From: a virus
Taxonomy: Duplodnaviria > Caudoviricetes
IMG/VR virus record: IMGVR_UViG_2595698222_000001
Coordinates: 1 to 64,000 of that record
Length of the DNA: 64,000 nt
Strand: one strand, 5' to 3'
Positions 29,765 to 39,523 of the stretch are shown one piece after another (within the stretch, counting starts at the first letter, position 1; each line of letters begins with the position of its first letter). The notes under the pieces are model-generated. The model saw only the letters and a program-made list of their open reading frames with translations. It did not search any database and had not been told where the DNA came from. The translations under genes were made by a program, and so were the position numbers.

Positions 29765-29815
29765 TAGTATTTCTAAAAATTGTTCTATTGAGATTCTCCA
29801 AAACAAGAGGAGGTT

Positions 29816-30577
29816 TTGTATATGAATAGTTTTATTAGCTGGATAGGTGGAAAAAAGTTATTAAGAAAGCAGATTTTAGAGCAGTTTCCGGATCAGACTT
29901 CCTATGGACGTTATATTGAAGTTTTTGGAGGAGCTGGTTGGGTATTATTTTCAAGAGATAAACATGCTCCGTTGGAAGTCTTCAACGATTTGAACGGAGA
30001 ATTGATCAATTTATACCGGGTGGTAAAATATCACCCGGAACCGCTGCAGAAGGAATTGGAATGGCTGCTTATGTCCCGGGAACAGTTCTTTGATGAGTTG
30101 AACCGTAATATCAGAGGTATGACCGACATACAACGAGCCGCCCGGTTCTTCTGCCTGATCAGGGAGAGTTTTGGTACAGATTGTAAATCTTTTAGAGTAA
30201 GTCCGAGAGATATGCAGAAAGCAGTTGATTATCTAAAGGAAGTTTCTGGACGATTAAATCGAGTGGTAATTGAGAACCAGGACTTTGAACGGCTGATTAA
30301 AACGTATGATAGGCCAGACGCATTATTCTATCTGGACCCTCCATATTACGAAGCAGAGAAGTATTATCCGGACCGGTTCAATCCGGAGGATCATGAAAGG
30401 CTGTGTAAATGCCTGAGCAATTTAAAGGGAAGATTCGTTTTATCTTATAACGATTGCCAGCAGATACGTGATTTGTATGAGGGATATACAAGCATTGAAG
30501 TTGACAGAATGGACAATTTAGCGAACAAGGATAGGAGTAGGAGATACAAGGAGTTAATCATAAAGAATTTCGAATAA
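29816..30577 (+). CDS. Dam-family (D12 class) DNA adenine methyltransferase
   Basis: WIGGKK, EVFGGAG, NDLN, YLDPPY, SYND. Confidence 0.93.
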   Translation: MYMNSFISWIGGKKLLRKQILEQFPDQTSYGRYIEVFGGAGWVLFSRDKHAPLEVFNDLNGELINLYRVVKYHPEPLQKELEWLLMSREQFFDELNRNIRGMTDIQRAARFFCLIRESFGTDCKSFRVSPRDMQKAVDYLKEVSGRLNRVVIENQDFERLIKTYDRPDALFYLDPPYYEAEKYYPDRFNPEDHERLCKCLSNLKGRFVLSYNDCQQIRDLYEGYTSIEVDRMDNLANKDRSRRYKELIIKNFE

Positions 30578-31651
30578 GGTAAATGATTTTGATCCCCCCG
30601 GGTATGCAGAAGTAAATCTGGTATTTTGAAAATGGAATTCGTAAAATTATTGCTGAAAATCCGAATCAGATTTGAGAGAGATTCCAACTTAGGAGGCCCA
30701 GGTGTTTGAAAAACAATCCCCCCGGGTGGGCGTATTGTAATCTAAGAAATCCGTTTTGAGATTGTGAAATTTTCTATTGAAAGTTCACCTTAAGGTTGTA
30801 AAGATTTCCGTTTGAAATCCGCTTCAGATAATTGCTTTATTTTTAAAGATTTCAGATTAACCCTGTAAGCGTTTACTGCATGACTTAATCCCAAGCCAAG
30901 GCTATATATTTCCACCGTAGACGGCATTAAAGCAACACATAGCCAACTAACCGCATTGAGAGGGGCAAGCCCATATAAAGGCTATTTGTTGCCATGATAG
31001 CATATGCCGGCAGAGACTTCAATGGAAAAATCAGAAAGCCGCCAGAACCACCAGAGCGGCGGCCCGCGTTGCGTAGCTCTATCTAACATAAGCTTGTACC
31101 TCCTCACTTTGATTTTTGCATACCTCAAGCCGCGCCCGTCCACGTCCTGCCCCGTGGCTTTGTAGGGCGTAGCCTGATCATATGCGGGGTGCTATCGTGC
31201 AACCGTTTAAACGCCGGATTACGTCACCGAGGCGGTGGGTGGTTAATGAGTTACCGGCTTGCGGCAGACTGTAAGCAGGTACATGTCTTTAGCAAGTGCT
31301 TTGCGGCCTGATTTCGGGTGGCCGGTCCGTTGCCCTGTCATTGTAATATGTCCAGGCTTGACACAGCGCAAGCACAATTATAACGGCATTGCTTGTCTTG
31401 AGCCGGGGGCGCTTCGTTGCCACCTGAAACTCTTTTTGTCCCGTTTGCTGCAGCTGGGCACGGCTTAAATGTAACAGCAACCCGATAATGGATTTTGGAC
31501 GGATCCTGCGAACCGGTAAAGCACTTGCAAGGCCTTATACATGGGTGGAAGCCTTGAAAGGTTTTAATCCCATATATGGGAAGATTCCGCTTGTAGGTCG
31601 TAAGCCTGCCGCCGATCAGAGCCGGGAAGCGGAAAGGAAGTTTAACATTGT

Positions 31652-32002
31652 CTATGCTATATGGTCTAAATAATATTTTTCACATTCTTCAAAAGTGATT
31701 TCATGGCGAATACGCTTTAAAAACATATCAAGTGGCAGGGAATCAAGTACTGTCTCCATCTTAGCGGTGGAGTTTCTTTTTTGCCAATCTTCGATAAAAT
31801 TTGCTCGCATTGTATCAGATTCATGTTCAATTCTTAAAAGGGCTTGTCCTGGTATGCTCTCTGGCTTAACATACCATGTAATATTGCCGCCGTTGGAAAT
31901 GTGTGCTATATGTTTATTGTCTCCATTGACCTCCTTTGCGCTGTTCGCTACTGTCAGGCCATTTCCAAGGTATCCCATCCATAAAGTGAAATTACTCTTC
32001 AA
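31652..32002 (-). CDS. Hypothetical protein
   Basis: ORF in the leftward accessory operon. Confidence 0.55.
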   Translation of the reverse strand: MKSNFTLWMGYLGNGLTVANSAKEVNGDNKHIAHISNGGNITWYVKPESIPGQALLRIEHESDTMRANFIEDWQKRNSTAKMETVLDSLPLDMFLKRIRHEITFEECEKYYLDHIA

Positions 32003-32109
32003 TTTGTTGCCTTTCTCTCCTTGTCCCTGGAGGTAGGGAAATAAAAGAACGGCGGCGGACTGAACCGCCCACGGCTAAACCGTAACCGCCTGAATTGGAT
32101 TTACTGGAA

Positions 32110-32544
32110 TCACTGAACCATGCTTTTAATAAAATCATCTATGCTGTGGATCGTGGTGAAATAATTTGCTGGGAAGTGCTGATCTACTAACTTTTTCAGT
32201 GCTGATATTGCGCCTTTCAAGGTCTTGTATGGTTTGTATAAAGTCCAATAGTCTTGATAATCATTTAATACCTCGGAAAAGTAAAAATCCTTTTGCATTA
32301 TCACATATTGTCCGTCTTGGGATTTTACCATGTAACTATTCTTTATTTCCTCTTCTCTTTCTTTAAGCATAGTCCGATCGCTTTCCTCTTCAACAATTTC
32401 AACAGAATTGCATCTCTGGAGGTTGTCAGACACAACTCCGATGTTAAAGATCTCCCCTACATAGTAGGCGGTGGCTTCCTGAATGGTCCCGTTAAAGCGT
32501 GTTGTTATGCTGTCCCCGTTTTCATAATTTACTTTTACTGTCAT
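32110..32544 (-). CDS. Hypothetical protein
   Basis: RBS AGGAGG, leftward operon. Confidence 0.6.
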   Translation of the reverse strand: MTVKVNYENGDSITTRFNGTIQEATAYYVGEIFNIGVVSDNLQRCNSVEIVEEESDRTMLKEREEEIKNSYMVKSQDGQYVIMQKDFYFSEVLNDYQDYWTLYKPYKTLKGAISALKKLVDQHFPANYFTTIHSIDDFIKSMVQ

Positions 32545-32615
32545 GATGTTATCCTCCTAAAACTTGATAATCCGGCGGTTGCTTTGACGCTACGGCTTGA
32601 CCGCCGCCGGCTTAA

Positions 32616-32822
32616 TTAGATAATCGCAATTCGCCTGTCTCCGTTGTCAAGTACTTTCTGAAGCTTGTCAGACGTGCTGGTTAAGTTCTCCGCTTTGAGA
32701 TTTAAGAGCTCCTTTTCAAAGGCGCTTGCTTCAGGTGACGCTGCAGCATTTGCATTGATTGCCGCATTTCTATCAAGCTCTCCAATGATCCATGCAATTT
32801 CCGTTGTAGTTAATTTAATCAT
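32616..32822 (-). CDS. Hypothetical protein (start MIKLTT)
   Basis: RBS GGAGGT upstream of the ATG at 32822, directly after the twister ribozyme. Confidence 0.55.
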   Translation of the reverse strand: MIKLTTTEIAWIIGELDRNAAINANAAASPEASAFEKELLNLKAENLTSTSDKLQKVLDNGDRRIAII

Positions 32823-32848
32823 TTTGTTACCTCCATTTTGGCAATTTT

Positions 32849-32908
32849 CCTCCACTCTGCATTTACCAGGGCTTGTGACCTGCGGAACTTGTCCGGCTGC
32901 ATTAGAGG
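32849..32908 (-). ncRNA. Twister self-cleaving ribozyme (type P1)
   Basis: Minus strand reads CCUC UAA UGCA GC CGGA-caagu-UCCG CAGG UCACAAGC CCUG guaaa UGCA GA GUG GAGG. All of P1-P4 pair, and both pseudoknots (CAC/GUG and GC/GC) are present. Confidence 0.9.
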
Positions 32909-33115
32909 GGCGGCGGTGGCCGCCTAATAAGCGAATTTAGAATTAAAGATGATTGACATGTAATGAGATTTTGAAACTCTTACCAGACGAAAGTTCAGGC
33001 AACCCACTTGCTGACCTATATAGTAGTGATTGCATTTTGAGATTTTGCAGATCCAGATTTTATTTTGATTCCAGTTGTCTACCCTGTGTTCTGTTTTCAT
33101 GTGGAGCTCCTTTCC

Positions 33116-33451
33116 TTAAGCGAATATGAAATTGTAAATCTGACATTTCATGGTAGCTGGCATTAAAAAGGCGTAACTGGTGTGAACTCTCCATCGACAA
33201 ACTGCACGAGTAGCAATGTAGAGTCGTTTCCGTTGCTCACTATCAAGTTGTAAGACCTCCATAATCGCCTGAACTGCGCTTTGTGCTCTATCGTGTGACT
33301 GATTGGCATATGACAGGTGCTCCTTGCGTATTTTCAAACCATCAAAATTTCCGTTGTAAAGTGTCTTCCCAGAATAGCAATAATCGTTGTAACTGCTGTT
33401 TTCTTCCTCGACTAAATCAATCAGTCTTTCAATGTCAATATTCATTTTCAT
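33116..33451 (-). CDS. Hypothetical protein
   Basis: ORF in the leftward operon. Confidence 0.55.
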   Translation of the reverse strand: MKMNIDIERLIDLVEEENSSYNDYCYSGKTLYNGNFDGLKIRKEHLSYANQSHDRAQSAVQAIMEVLQLDSEQRKRLYIATRAVCRWRVHTSYAFLMPATMKCQIYNFIFA

Positions 33452-33491
33452 AATTTCTACCGCCTTTATATTTGTTTTGTAATTGTTTTAT

Positions 33492-33773
33492 TTATTTCCA
33501 TTTGATACCATTGCTTGAATATTCCAATGTGTGCAATTCTCCACTTACGAGAAAAGTGATTTCGGAGAGATTTCTATCTATCTTGTAAATGCCGCCTGTT
33601 TTCGTTCTGTCGCACCAATTGCAGTATGGAATGCCATTGACTAATACTTTGTTAATTCTCTGTGTTTCTTCCATATCTAAGATATTTATAAGTTCCTGAA
33701 TGTCAGTTAACTTTACATTCTCCTTCAGTTCAATAAATGTTGTAACTCTCTCGTGACCTTTGATTTTTTTCAT
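33492..33773 (-). CDS. Hypothetical protein, first gene of the leftward operon
   Basis: RBS AAGGAGG; divergent from the HTH gene. Confidence 0.55.
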   Translation of the reverse strand: MKKIKGHERVTTFIELKENVKLTDIQELINILDMEETQRINKVLVNGIPYCNWCDRTKTGGIYKIDRNLSEITFLVSGELHTLEYSSNGIKWK

Positions 33774-33912
33774 GTTGTTCGTTCCTCCTTATGTGTCAAT
33801 AATATCACTAAAAATAGTGAAAGTCAATACATAAATCACTAATAATAGAGAATTATTTTTTGTTGACATTCTACCTAGATTTGATATAGTGTAAATAGAA
33901 TACTATATTGAG

Positions 33913-34170
33913 GTGATGCCAATGCTGGAATATAAGATAGATGTAATTCAAAAACTGAAAGAAGTCGGTATTAATACCACAAAAGCTAAAGAAAGTGGTG
34001 TTTTTGGTCAGGCCACAATGAAGAAATTTAAAGATAAAGATACAAGTATCTCACTCGACAACCTTAATCGTCTTTGTTGCATTCTGGAAATGCAACCAAG
34101 AGACATTATAAAATACGTAGAAACGGAAGAAGATAAAGAAAAAATAATCTCTAAAATCAGGGATAAATAA
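33913..34170 (+). CDS. Cro/C1-type HTH regulator
   Basis: ISLDNLNRLCCILEMQPRDII. Nearby TCACTA-N-TAGTGA-like operators at about 33805, 33836 and 34180. TTGACA-17-TATAGT promoter. Confidence 0.8.
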   Translation: MMPMLEYKIDVIQKLKEVGINTTKAKESGVFGQATMKKFKDKDTSISLDNLNRLCCILEMQPRDIIKYVETEEDKEKIISKIRDK

Positions 34171-34229
34171 GTTGACTATTCACTAATATATGTGATAAAA
34201 TAAGGTATCGAACGAAAGGAGATACCGGA

Positions 34230-34469
34230 ATGCAGATAGAGTACAGTAGGCCGGCCGTAAAGTACATTAATTCACAAGATAAGCCGACAAAGAAACGATT
34301 AAAAGAAGCTATTGAAAAAATACCCCAGGGCGATATAAAGAAACTCAAAGGATTAGAAAATGAATATCGCTTAAGGGTTGGTGATTTAAGGGTTTTGTTT
34401 ACCATTGAAGGAAACATGATAATTATCTATGATATCTTACCCAGAGGGCAGGCATATAAGAGAATATAG
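34230..34469 (+). CDS. RelE/ParE-family toxin
   Basis: GDIKKLKG...YRLRVGDLRVLF...ILPRGQAYK. Confidence 0.9.
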   Translation: MQIEYSRPAVKYINSQDKPTKKRLKEAIEKIPQGDIKKLKGLENEYRLRVGDLRVLFTIEGNMIIIYDILPRGQAYKRI

Positions 34470-34480
34470 GAGGTGCCAGA

Positions 34481-34672
34481 ATGAGCAGAGAAGCATTAAA
34501 GAATCTCATTGAATTAGTACCGGAACAGGATATAGAAACCCTTTTCCGTGTGATTGTAAAATTTGTTCCTGGGGATATAGCAGATCAGGACGAGATAGAA
34601 GCAATAGTTGCGGCGAAAAGAGATATTGAAGAAAATGGGACAGTTTCACATAAAGACATTAACTGGGATTGA
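34481..34672 (+). CDS. Putative cognate antitoxin (downstream of the toxin)
   Basis: Small acidic protein with DEIEAI...DIEENGTVSH. Confidence 0.7.
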   Translation: MSREALKNLIELVPEQDIETLFRVIVKFVPGDIADQDEIEAIVAAKRDIEENGTVSHKDINWD

Positions 34673-35128
34673 TTTAAGGGCCGGCGGTTGCTGGCTCTTT
34701 TTTGTGTTCCATGTACGGAGATAAAGAAAAGCCCTGCATTATCTGCAGGGCTGGACCTCTCCGGCAACCGATTGGGGCAGCCTGCCGGTGGCTGTTATAA
34801 TACAAATAGCACAAAGAAAAATTCCTGTCAAGGGTTGATTTCAAAATTCTTTTGTGCTAATCTGAAAAAGCCGAGGGGGCTCTACAAGAAATACTCAAGG
34901 GCATATCTTCCGGACATTGAGAATTTATCATGATGATTTTATCAGGCAGGCCAAAGAGTTGAAAACACTTTGAAGCCTGCTTTTTGTATGCGAAAATCCG
35001 TATATTTTGGCCCAATATATTATAAAATACATATAGACATAAATGTTTATTTATTATATACTCTTAGGCTTTCTGTATCCCCTGAGGTATGTAACTGTAT
35101 GGGATATATATAGATAAAATAAAGGTTA

Positions 35129-35304
35129 TTGACAGATATTTTATATTGTGGTATTATCTGGAAAACGATATAAATAAAGCGTGCATGTGCTAGCCTGGTT
35201 GGCCTTGACCATATGCAATGTCCCCGTAATAGGCGGGAAAGAACCAATGACTTTGAGTCCTTGTGTTGTACGGTATTCACTCCGTATGGCGCGAGGACTT
35301 TTTT
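35129..35304 (+). ncRNA. Candidate stand-alone sRNA of about 140 nt, with its promoter
   Basis: TTGACA (35129), 17 bp, TATTAT (35152) with extended TG. No ORF in the transcript. Internal stems, then a long hairpin 35256-35299 and a T-tract. Confidence 0.55.
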
Positions 35305-35411
35305 ATTTGGTCCATAAATCGATTTAAAAAGTGCAGGCAAGAAAACCTCCACGGAACATAGCGGAAACGCTTTAAAGGGTATTAACGAACGTAAAAACGG
35401 CATTTAATTCC

Positions 35412-35624
35412 ATGGGTTATAGAACAAATATAACTTTGTTAAAGAAATTAGGATTGCGAAGTGATCAGATGCAGGGAATTAGTGATAAATGCAACCGGGA
35501 TAGTTGCAGGCTCTGTAAGGATGAAAAATGTACGGATCAGGAGCAGCGGAACGAATGTCTAGATCTGTTGAGCCAAATCATACCAAGTCCAGGTGATCTG
35601 GTAGCATTTGCCCTGTCAGATTAG
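35412..35624 (+). CDS. Small Cys-rich hypothetical protein
   Basis: ORF only. Confidence 0.35.
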   Translation: MGYRTNITLLKKLGLRSDQMQGISDKCNRDSCRLCKDEKCTDQEQRNECLDLLSQIIPSPGDLVAFALSD

Positions 35625-35762
35625 GATTCCAAAGTTATGTTATATTAGCTTCTGGGGCTTCAAGAGTATTTACCCAGGCATTAAATATATAAAGCTCTTA
35701 TATGTGTCTGTATGATGATTATATGATACCTGTATAAGAGACAGAAAGGAGATATGTAAGTT

Positions 35763-36389
35763 ATGGCTAAGACAGATGATTATACAGTAGATGGCTTTGA
35801 TATAGAGCTTAATACAGATGATAGAGATACAGATGATAGAGATTATATTAATAATATTACAGCTATCATTATGGAGATATCTAATGAGTTTATAAAGAGA
35901 CATAGTAATATTAATCTATGTTCTTCTCAGGGATTATCTGAGTTATTAAAAGATATAGGACGTAAGTATAAAGCAGATATTAATAATATAAAAGAATTAG
36001 ATATACTATGGGATATCTATACAGTTATCTGTTGTACTTGCAGGATTAAGCCTACATTACTTAGATTCGGTATGATGATAAGTGTAAACAAAGATACGTT
36101 TAATAGCTGGTTAAAAGGGGAATATGATGGTCGGGTCGCTTCTGGTCACTCCGTAACGGCACAAAAATGGAAATCAGAATGCGAATCAAGCTTGTATGAT
36201 GAGGTAATCCAGACCGGCAACATCGGCTGCATGTTCGCCCTAAAAGCCAACTATGGGTACCGTGATAACGTCCAGATCATAGCTTACGATGACAAGGCAG
36301 GGAAGCCTGAATATAGCCGGGCAGAGATAGAAGAGCGTGCCAAGACGGTGAACCTGCTGCCTGAATCAACTGACGAACTACCAGATTAA
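35763..36389 (+). CDS. Putative terminase small subunit
   Basis: KPTLLRF...DTFNSW...GCMFALKANYGYRD pattern; lies upstream of TerL. Confidence 0.7.
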   Translation: MAKTDDYTVDGFDIELNTDDRDTDDRDYINNITAIIMEISNEFIKRHSNINLCSSQGLSELLKDIGRKYKADINNIKELDILWDIYTVICCTCRIKPTLLRFGMMISVNKDTFNSWLKGEYDGRVASGHSVTAQKWKSECESSLYDEVIQTGNIGCMFALKANYGYRDNVQIIAYDDKAGKPEYSRAEIEERAKTVNLLPESTDELPD

Positions 36390-36837
36390 CACTTCAAATA
36401 TTCTGACAACATCTAAAACCTTCCACACAAAAGATAAAATTCAATAGCATCCATGCAATGTGCACAGTGTTTCTAGGCGATTTTGTGCAGTATTCATGCC
36501 CAACAATACGTTAAACAGTTATTTAACGAATAGTTGAAAGGGCAATAGCAAAGAAAAAGACCTAACTTGTGCAATGTGCTTTAAAACATGAAAATAATTT
36601 GTGCAATAATACAAGTGATATGGACAAGCAGAGATTTGCAAGAGATAAGAGGGGCCGGAGGGGGTCTATGGAGAAGCAGTTTAGGGGCCAGTTAGCCGTC
36701 CAAGTTCCGATAAAAAACAAAAAGGCTTTCACCCACTTAAAGCAAAGTGTTTCGGAGATTTGAGAAAAGGAAATATATTCGCCTGATTCTCAAAAATTTT
36801 AAAAAATATAAAAAGGCTTTTCCAGGAGGATATATAA

Positions 36838-37287
36838 ATGTTCAATTGTAAATTACTGTTTGCCAAAAGATATAGAGGAACTTTCATGTTTGCCTTTGTA
36901 AATTTCAAGACCCAGGAATGCTATGAATGGTTTTTTCAATTCTCGTTAAAGGATCCATGGTGGATTCCTAAATATGATTCGTATTACCTGAATGATGGTA
37001 AGTGGCCGTTAGCCGGCTGGTTGTTTTTCTATTTTGGCAGACACACTAGAGGGGCAGTAATCCCATGTGAGCAAAGTGAAATCAGTGAGGGCAAAAAGCC
37101 ATTGGTTGATAAAGCCGGGAATCTGTATGTGATTTATAACCTGCCTGAAGAAGAACTGGCCAGGAAATTCCGGCGGACAATTCTCCGATATAACTGTGAA
37201 GTTGGGATTGAGAAAGATGGCGATAACGTGACAATAATTAATACAGTCCGGTCCAAAAGATGGATTTCAATTTTTCTCAAAAAATAA
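36838..37287 (+). CDS. Hypothetical protein
   Basis: Strong RBS. Confidence 0.55.
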   Translation: MFNCKLLFAKRYRGTFMFAFVNFKTQECYEWFFQFSLKDPWWIPKYDSYYLNDGKWPLAGWLFFYFGRHTRGAVIPCEQSEISEGKKPLVDKAGNLYVIYNLPEEELARKFRRTILRYNCEVGIEKDGDNVTIINTVRSKRWISIFLKK

Positions 37288-37303
37288 AAAGGCGTTATTT
37301 GCT

Positions 37304-37498
37304 GTGAAGAAAAAGTTATATATGGCGGTTGAAACAGATAAATATGAGTTGCCGCTTTATGTGGCTGATACATCAAGGGAACTGGCCGACTGGTCCGGCT
37401 TCAGCATTAACTACGTGCTAAGTGCTATATCGCATGATTATGCTGGAAAGAAATCCGGAATGAAGTTTCTGCGGATTGAATTTGATCAGGAAGAATGA
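37304..37498 (+). CDS. Small conserved phage protein
   Basis: YMAVETDKYELPLYVADTSRELA. Confidence 0.6.
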   Translation: MKKKLYMAVETDKYELPLYVADTSRELADWSGFSINYVLSAISHDYAGKKSGMKFLRIEFDQEE

Positions 37499-37507
37499 TG
37501 CTTGGCT

Positions 37508-37807
37508 TTAAATAGCAATTTAACAAAGTATAACTTAGGGTATCACGCACGCAAAGTAATTGATGTTAGCACAATATTAAATAATGTTGCTGATTTAATG
37601 GAGGCTGGTTATTATGGTGGCGATCTGGTGTTACAAGGGTATGCGCCTCCTGACACCTACAATAGTAATTCCTGGGGACTTATACGGTGGGTAGCTGGAT
37701 CTTCTGGTATAGCTTATTTGCAATTTGTACAAGATCGCAGTGCTGCCATTATTACCAGGTCTATTAGTAGGACGGGTAATACGGATACAGGCTGGATATT
37801 ACATTAA
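37508..37807 (+). CDS. Alternative fibre C-terminus 1A (LNSNLTKYNLG...TDTGWILH), no clear RBS
   Basis: Starts with the LNSNL junction also found in the fibre gene; beta-rich with terminal W. Confidence 0.8.
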   Translation, partial: LNSNLTKYNLGYHARKVIDVSTILNNVADLMEAGYYGGDLVLQGYAPPDTYNSNSWGLIRWVAGSSGIAYLQFVQDRSAAIITRSISRTGNTDTGWILH

Positions 37808-37816
37808 AATGATCAT

Positions 37817-38122
37817 TTAATCCAGTAGCACGAATCGAACATAGTAACCAGCATAAATTGCGGCACTTGATTTAATTACGTTAACCTGTAAGGTATTGCA
37901 GTCTATCCTCGTTATTCCGTCCATGGTCCGCAGATCTGACCATGTGCCAGTAGATAACTGTATTTGTGCGGCCAATAGGTATGTATTACCAGATGAACTT
38001 CCACTGATGTTAAATAGTTGGTTGGTAGACGTATCATTAAATACCCCGGCGGCAGTGCGGATGCGACTTGTGTCAAATTTGTTGTTCAGATTATTACTTA
38101 CTCCCGCTAAATTGCTATTTAA
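37817..38122 (-). CDS. Alternative fibre C-terminus 1B (LNSNLAGVSNNLNNKFDTSR...YVRFVLLD), start-less and absent from the ORF track
   Basis: 101 open codons from the site to TAA at 37817. Confidence 0.8.
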   Translation of the reverse strand, partial: LNSNLAGVSNNLNNKFDTSRIRTAAGVFNDTSTNQLFNISGSSSGNTYLLAAQIQLSTGTWSDLRTMDGITRIDCNTLQVNVIKSSAAIYAGYYVRFVLLD

Positions 38123-38134
38123 GGAGATCCATAA

Positions 38135-38560
38135 ATGAAAGATTATAAGATTTTTATAAACATAACAAAAGAGGTTTTAGATTCCGTGAAACCAGGTGAT
38201 TTAGTAAAAGTCAACGATTGGAAAAAACCGTTGAAGGTAATTGCTGTCTCTGATAATTATTTTGTGATGGCAAGGAAATTGTTTGGAGAATGGGAGTATT
38301 CGGTTTGTGAAAAGAAACCTTGGGGTGGAATAAGATATAACGCAATGATTGGCGGCAAATTTCATATTGGTACAGATGGTTGGGTATTTGGTTCTCCGAC
38401 ATGGATTGATTTTGATTGCGAGGGATATGACTTTGATAATTTGGAAGCGTCCCAAGCTTACATAAACTCATTTGAGTTATCAGAGGATAACAGGGATCAT
38501 TCTTTTATTTCTCCACGCAATGCCGTGCCGATAGCCAGTATTTATATTAAGTCAAACTAA
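38135..38560 (+). CDS. Hypothetical protein
   Basis: RBS AAGGAG abuts the right end of unit 1. Confidence 0.6.
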   Translation: MKDYKIFINITKEVLDSVKPGDLVKVNDWKKPLKVIAVSDNYFVMARKLFGEWEYSVCEKKPWGGIRYNAMIGGKFHIGTDGWVFGSPTWIDFDCEGYDFDNLEASQAYINSFELSEDNRDHSFISPRNAVPIASIYIKSN

Positions 38561-38666
38561 ACCACGGGTTCCGGCGTGCATGGGAAGCCGGATTAAATGC
38601 GGTCAATCAGGTGGTGGCATCTGGGCGTAAAGCAGCCCGTAACTGAATTTGTGGAGGTAAGTAGAA

Positions 38667-38996
38667 ATGAAAAATTCTAAGGTCATAGCAGCCGATGAAG
38701 AAATAATGAAAACTGCTTCAGATACTTTTTTCAGACAGTTAGTTGAGTGGATGAACAGTGAAAGTATTGAAAACACTGATAGTCTCCAAGATGCTGCTGA
38801 GATTGTCCGGAAAGAATTTCTACAGAAAGGTGACTGGTACAATGCTCTGGTAGATTCCATTGCCCAGTATTTGAGAACCATTCCAGCCAATAAAGGGTTA
38901 TACAACGTTGCAGAGGAGCTTGCTGATCGTATTATCGGAATAGAAAATTTGGAAGGAGATATCCATGGACAAGAAAGAATTGGCAAGGCTCATTGA
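38667..38996 (+). CDS. Hypothetical protein
   Basis: RBS GGAGGT. Confidence 0.55.
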   Translation: MKNSKVIAADEEIMKTASDTFFRQLVEWMNSESIENTDSLQDAAEIVRKEFLQKGDWYNALVDSIAQYLRTIPANKGLYNVAEELADRIIGIENLEGDIHGQERIGKAH

Positions 38997-39357
38997 TGGC
39001 CGGGAATATGGCTATGAACCATTCCGGGACGTTCGGCAGGCAGCGAAAGAATCTGGTCTGGTTATCGTCAGTGGTGCGTCTGATGACTTGATGGAAATTG
39101 ACGGCGCTATTTATGATGAGCAGGGTTGTTTTGAAGGTGGCGTGATATATTTTGACCGTCAAGGTGCATTTGGTAGTGATGGTTATGCTACAAATAAGAT
39201 TGTAGCCCTCTGGTGCGATAGGTCCGCATTAGACGAAAACGGAAAAGTTATTACCTGGACGTATAAAACGGATATTCCCCATGAAACTTTTATGATTTAT
39301 GAGGACGTGGCGCCTTACTGCCGGGGTATAGTATTTAATTTGGCAGATGTGAAATAG
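38965..39357 (+). CDS. Conserved phage protein
   Basis: GLVIVSGASDDLME...WTYKTDIPHETF...YCRGIVF. Confidence 0.65.
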   Translation: MDKKELARLIDGREYGYEPFRDVRQAAKESGLVIVSGASDDLMEIDGAIYDEQGCFEGGVIYFDRQGAFGSDGYATNKIVALWCDRSALDENGKVITWTYKTDIPHETFMIYEDVAPYCRGIVFNLADVK

Positions 39358-39523
39358 AGGTGAGGGATTTGGTATTTCTGAAATGGATTATTACGGTTTG
39401 GCATATATCTATGGCACTATTTATTTGCTCGACTTCTAGAGGGTTGACTTGGGAAAGGAATAAAGCTGCCGTTATTGGGTTTAGTATTATGGCTATTATG
39501 TATGTTCTGGCATTGGTGCCGAT

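Larger units (their letters stand above)
37508..38122. mobile_element. Silent tail-fibre tip cassette pair, unit 1
   Basis: Perfect 15-bp inverted ends TTAAATAGCAATTTA (37508-37522 and 38108-38122); central AAATGATCATTT at 37807-37818. Confidence 0.88.

Noticed and set aside
37896-38138. Plus-strand 80-aa ORF in the ORF track
   Set aside because: It is the antisense shadow of cassette 1B (37817-38122, minus strand).
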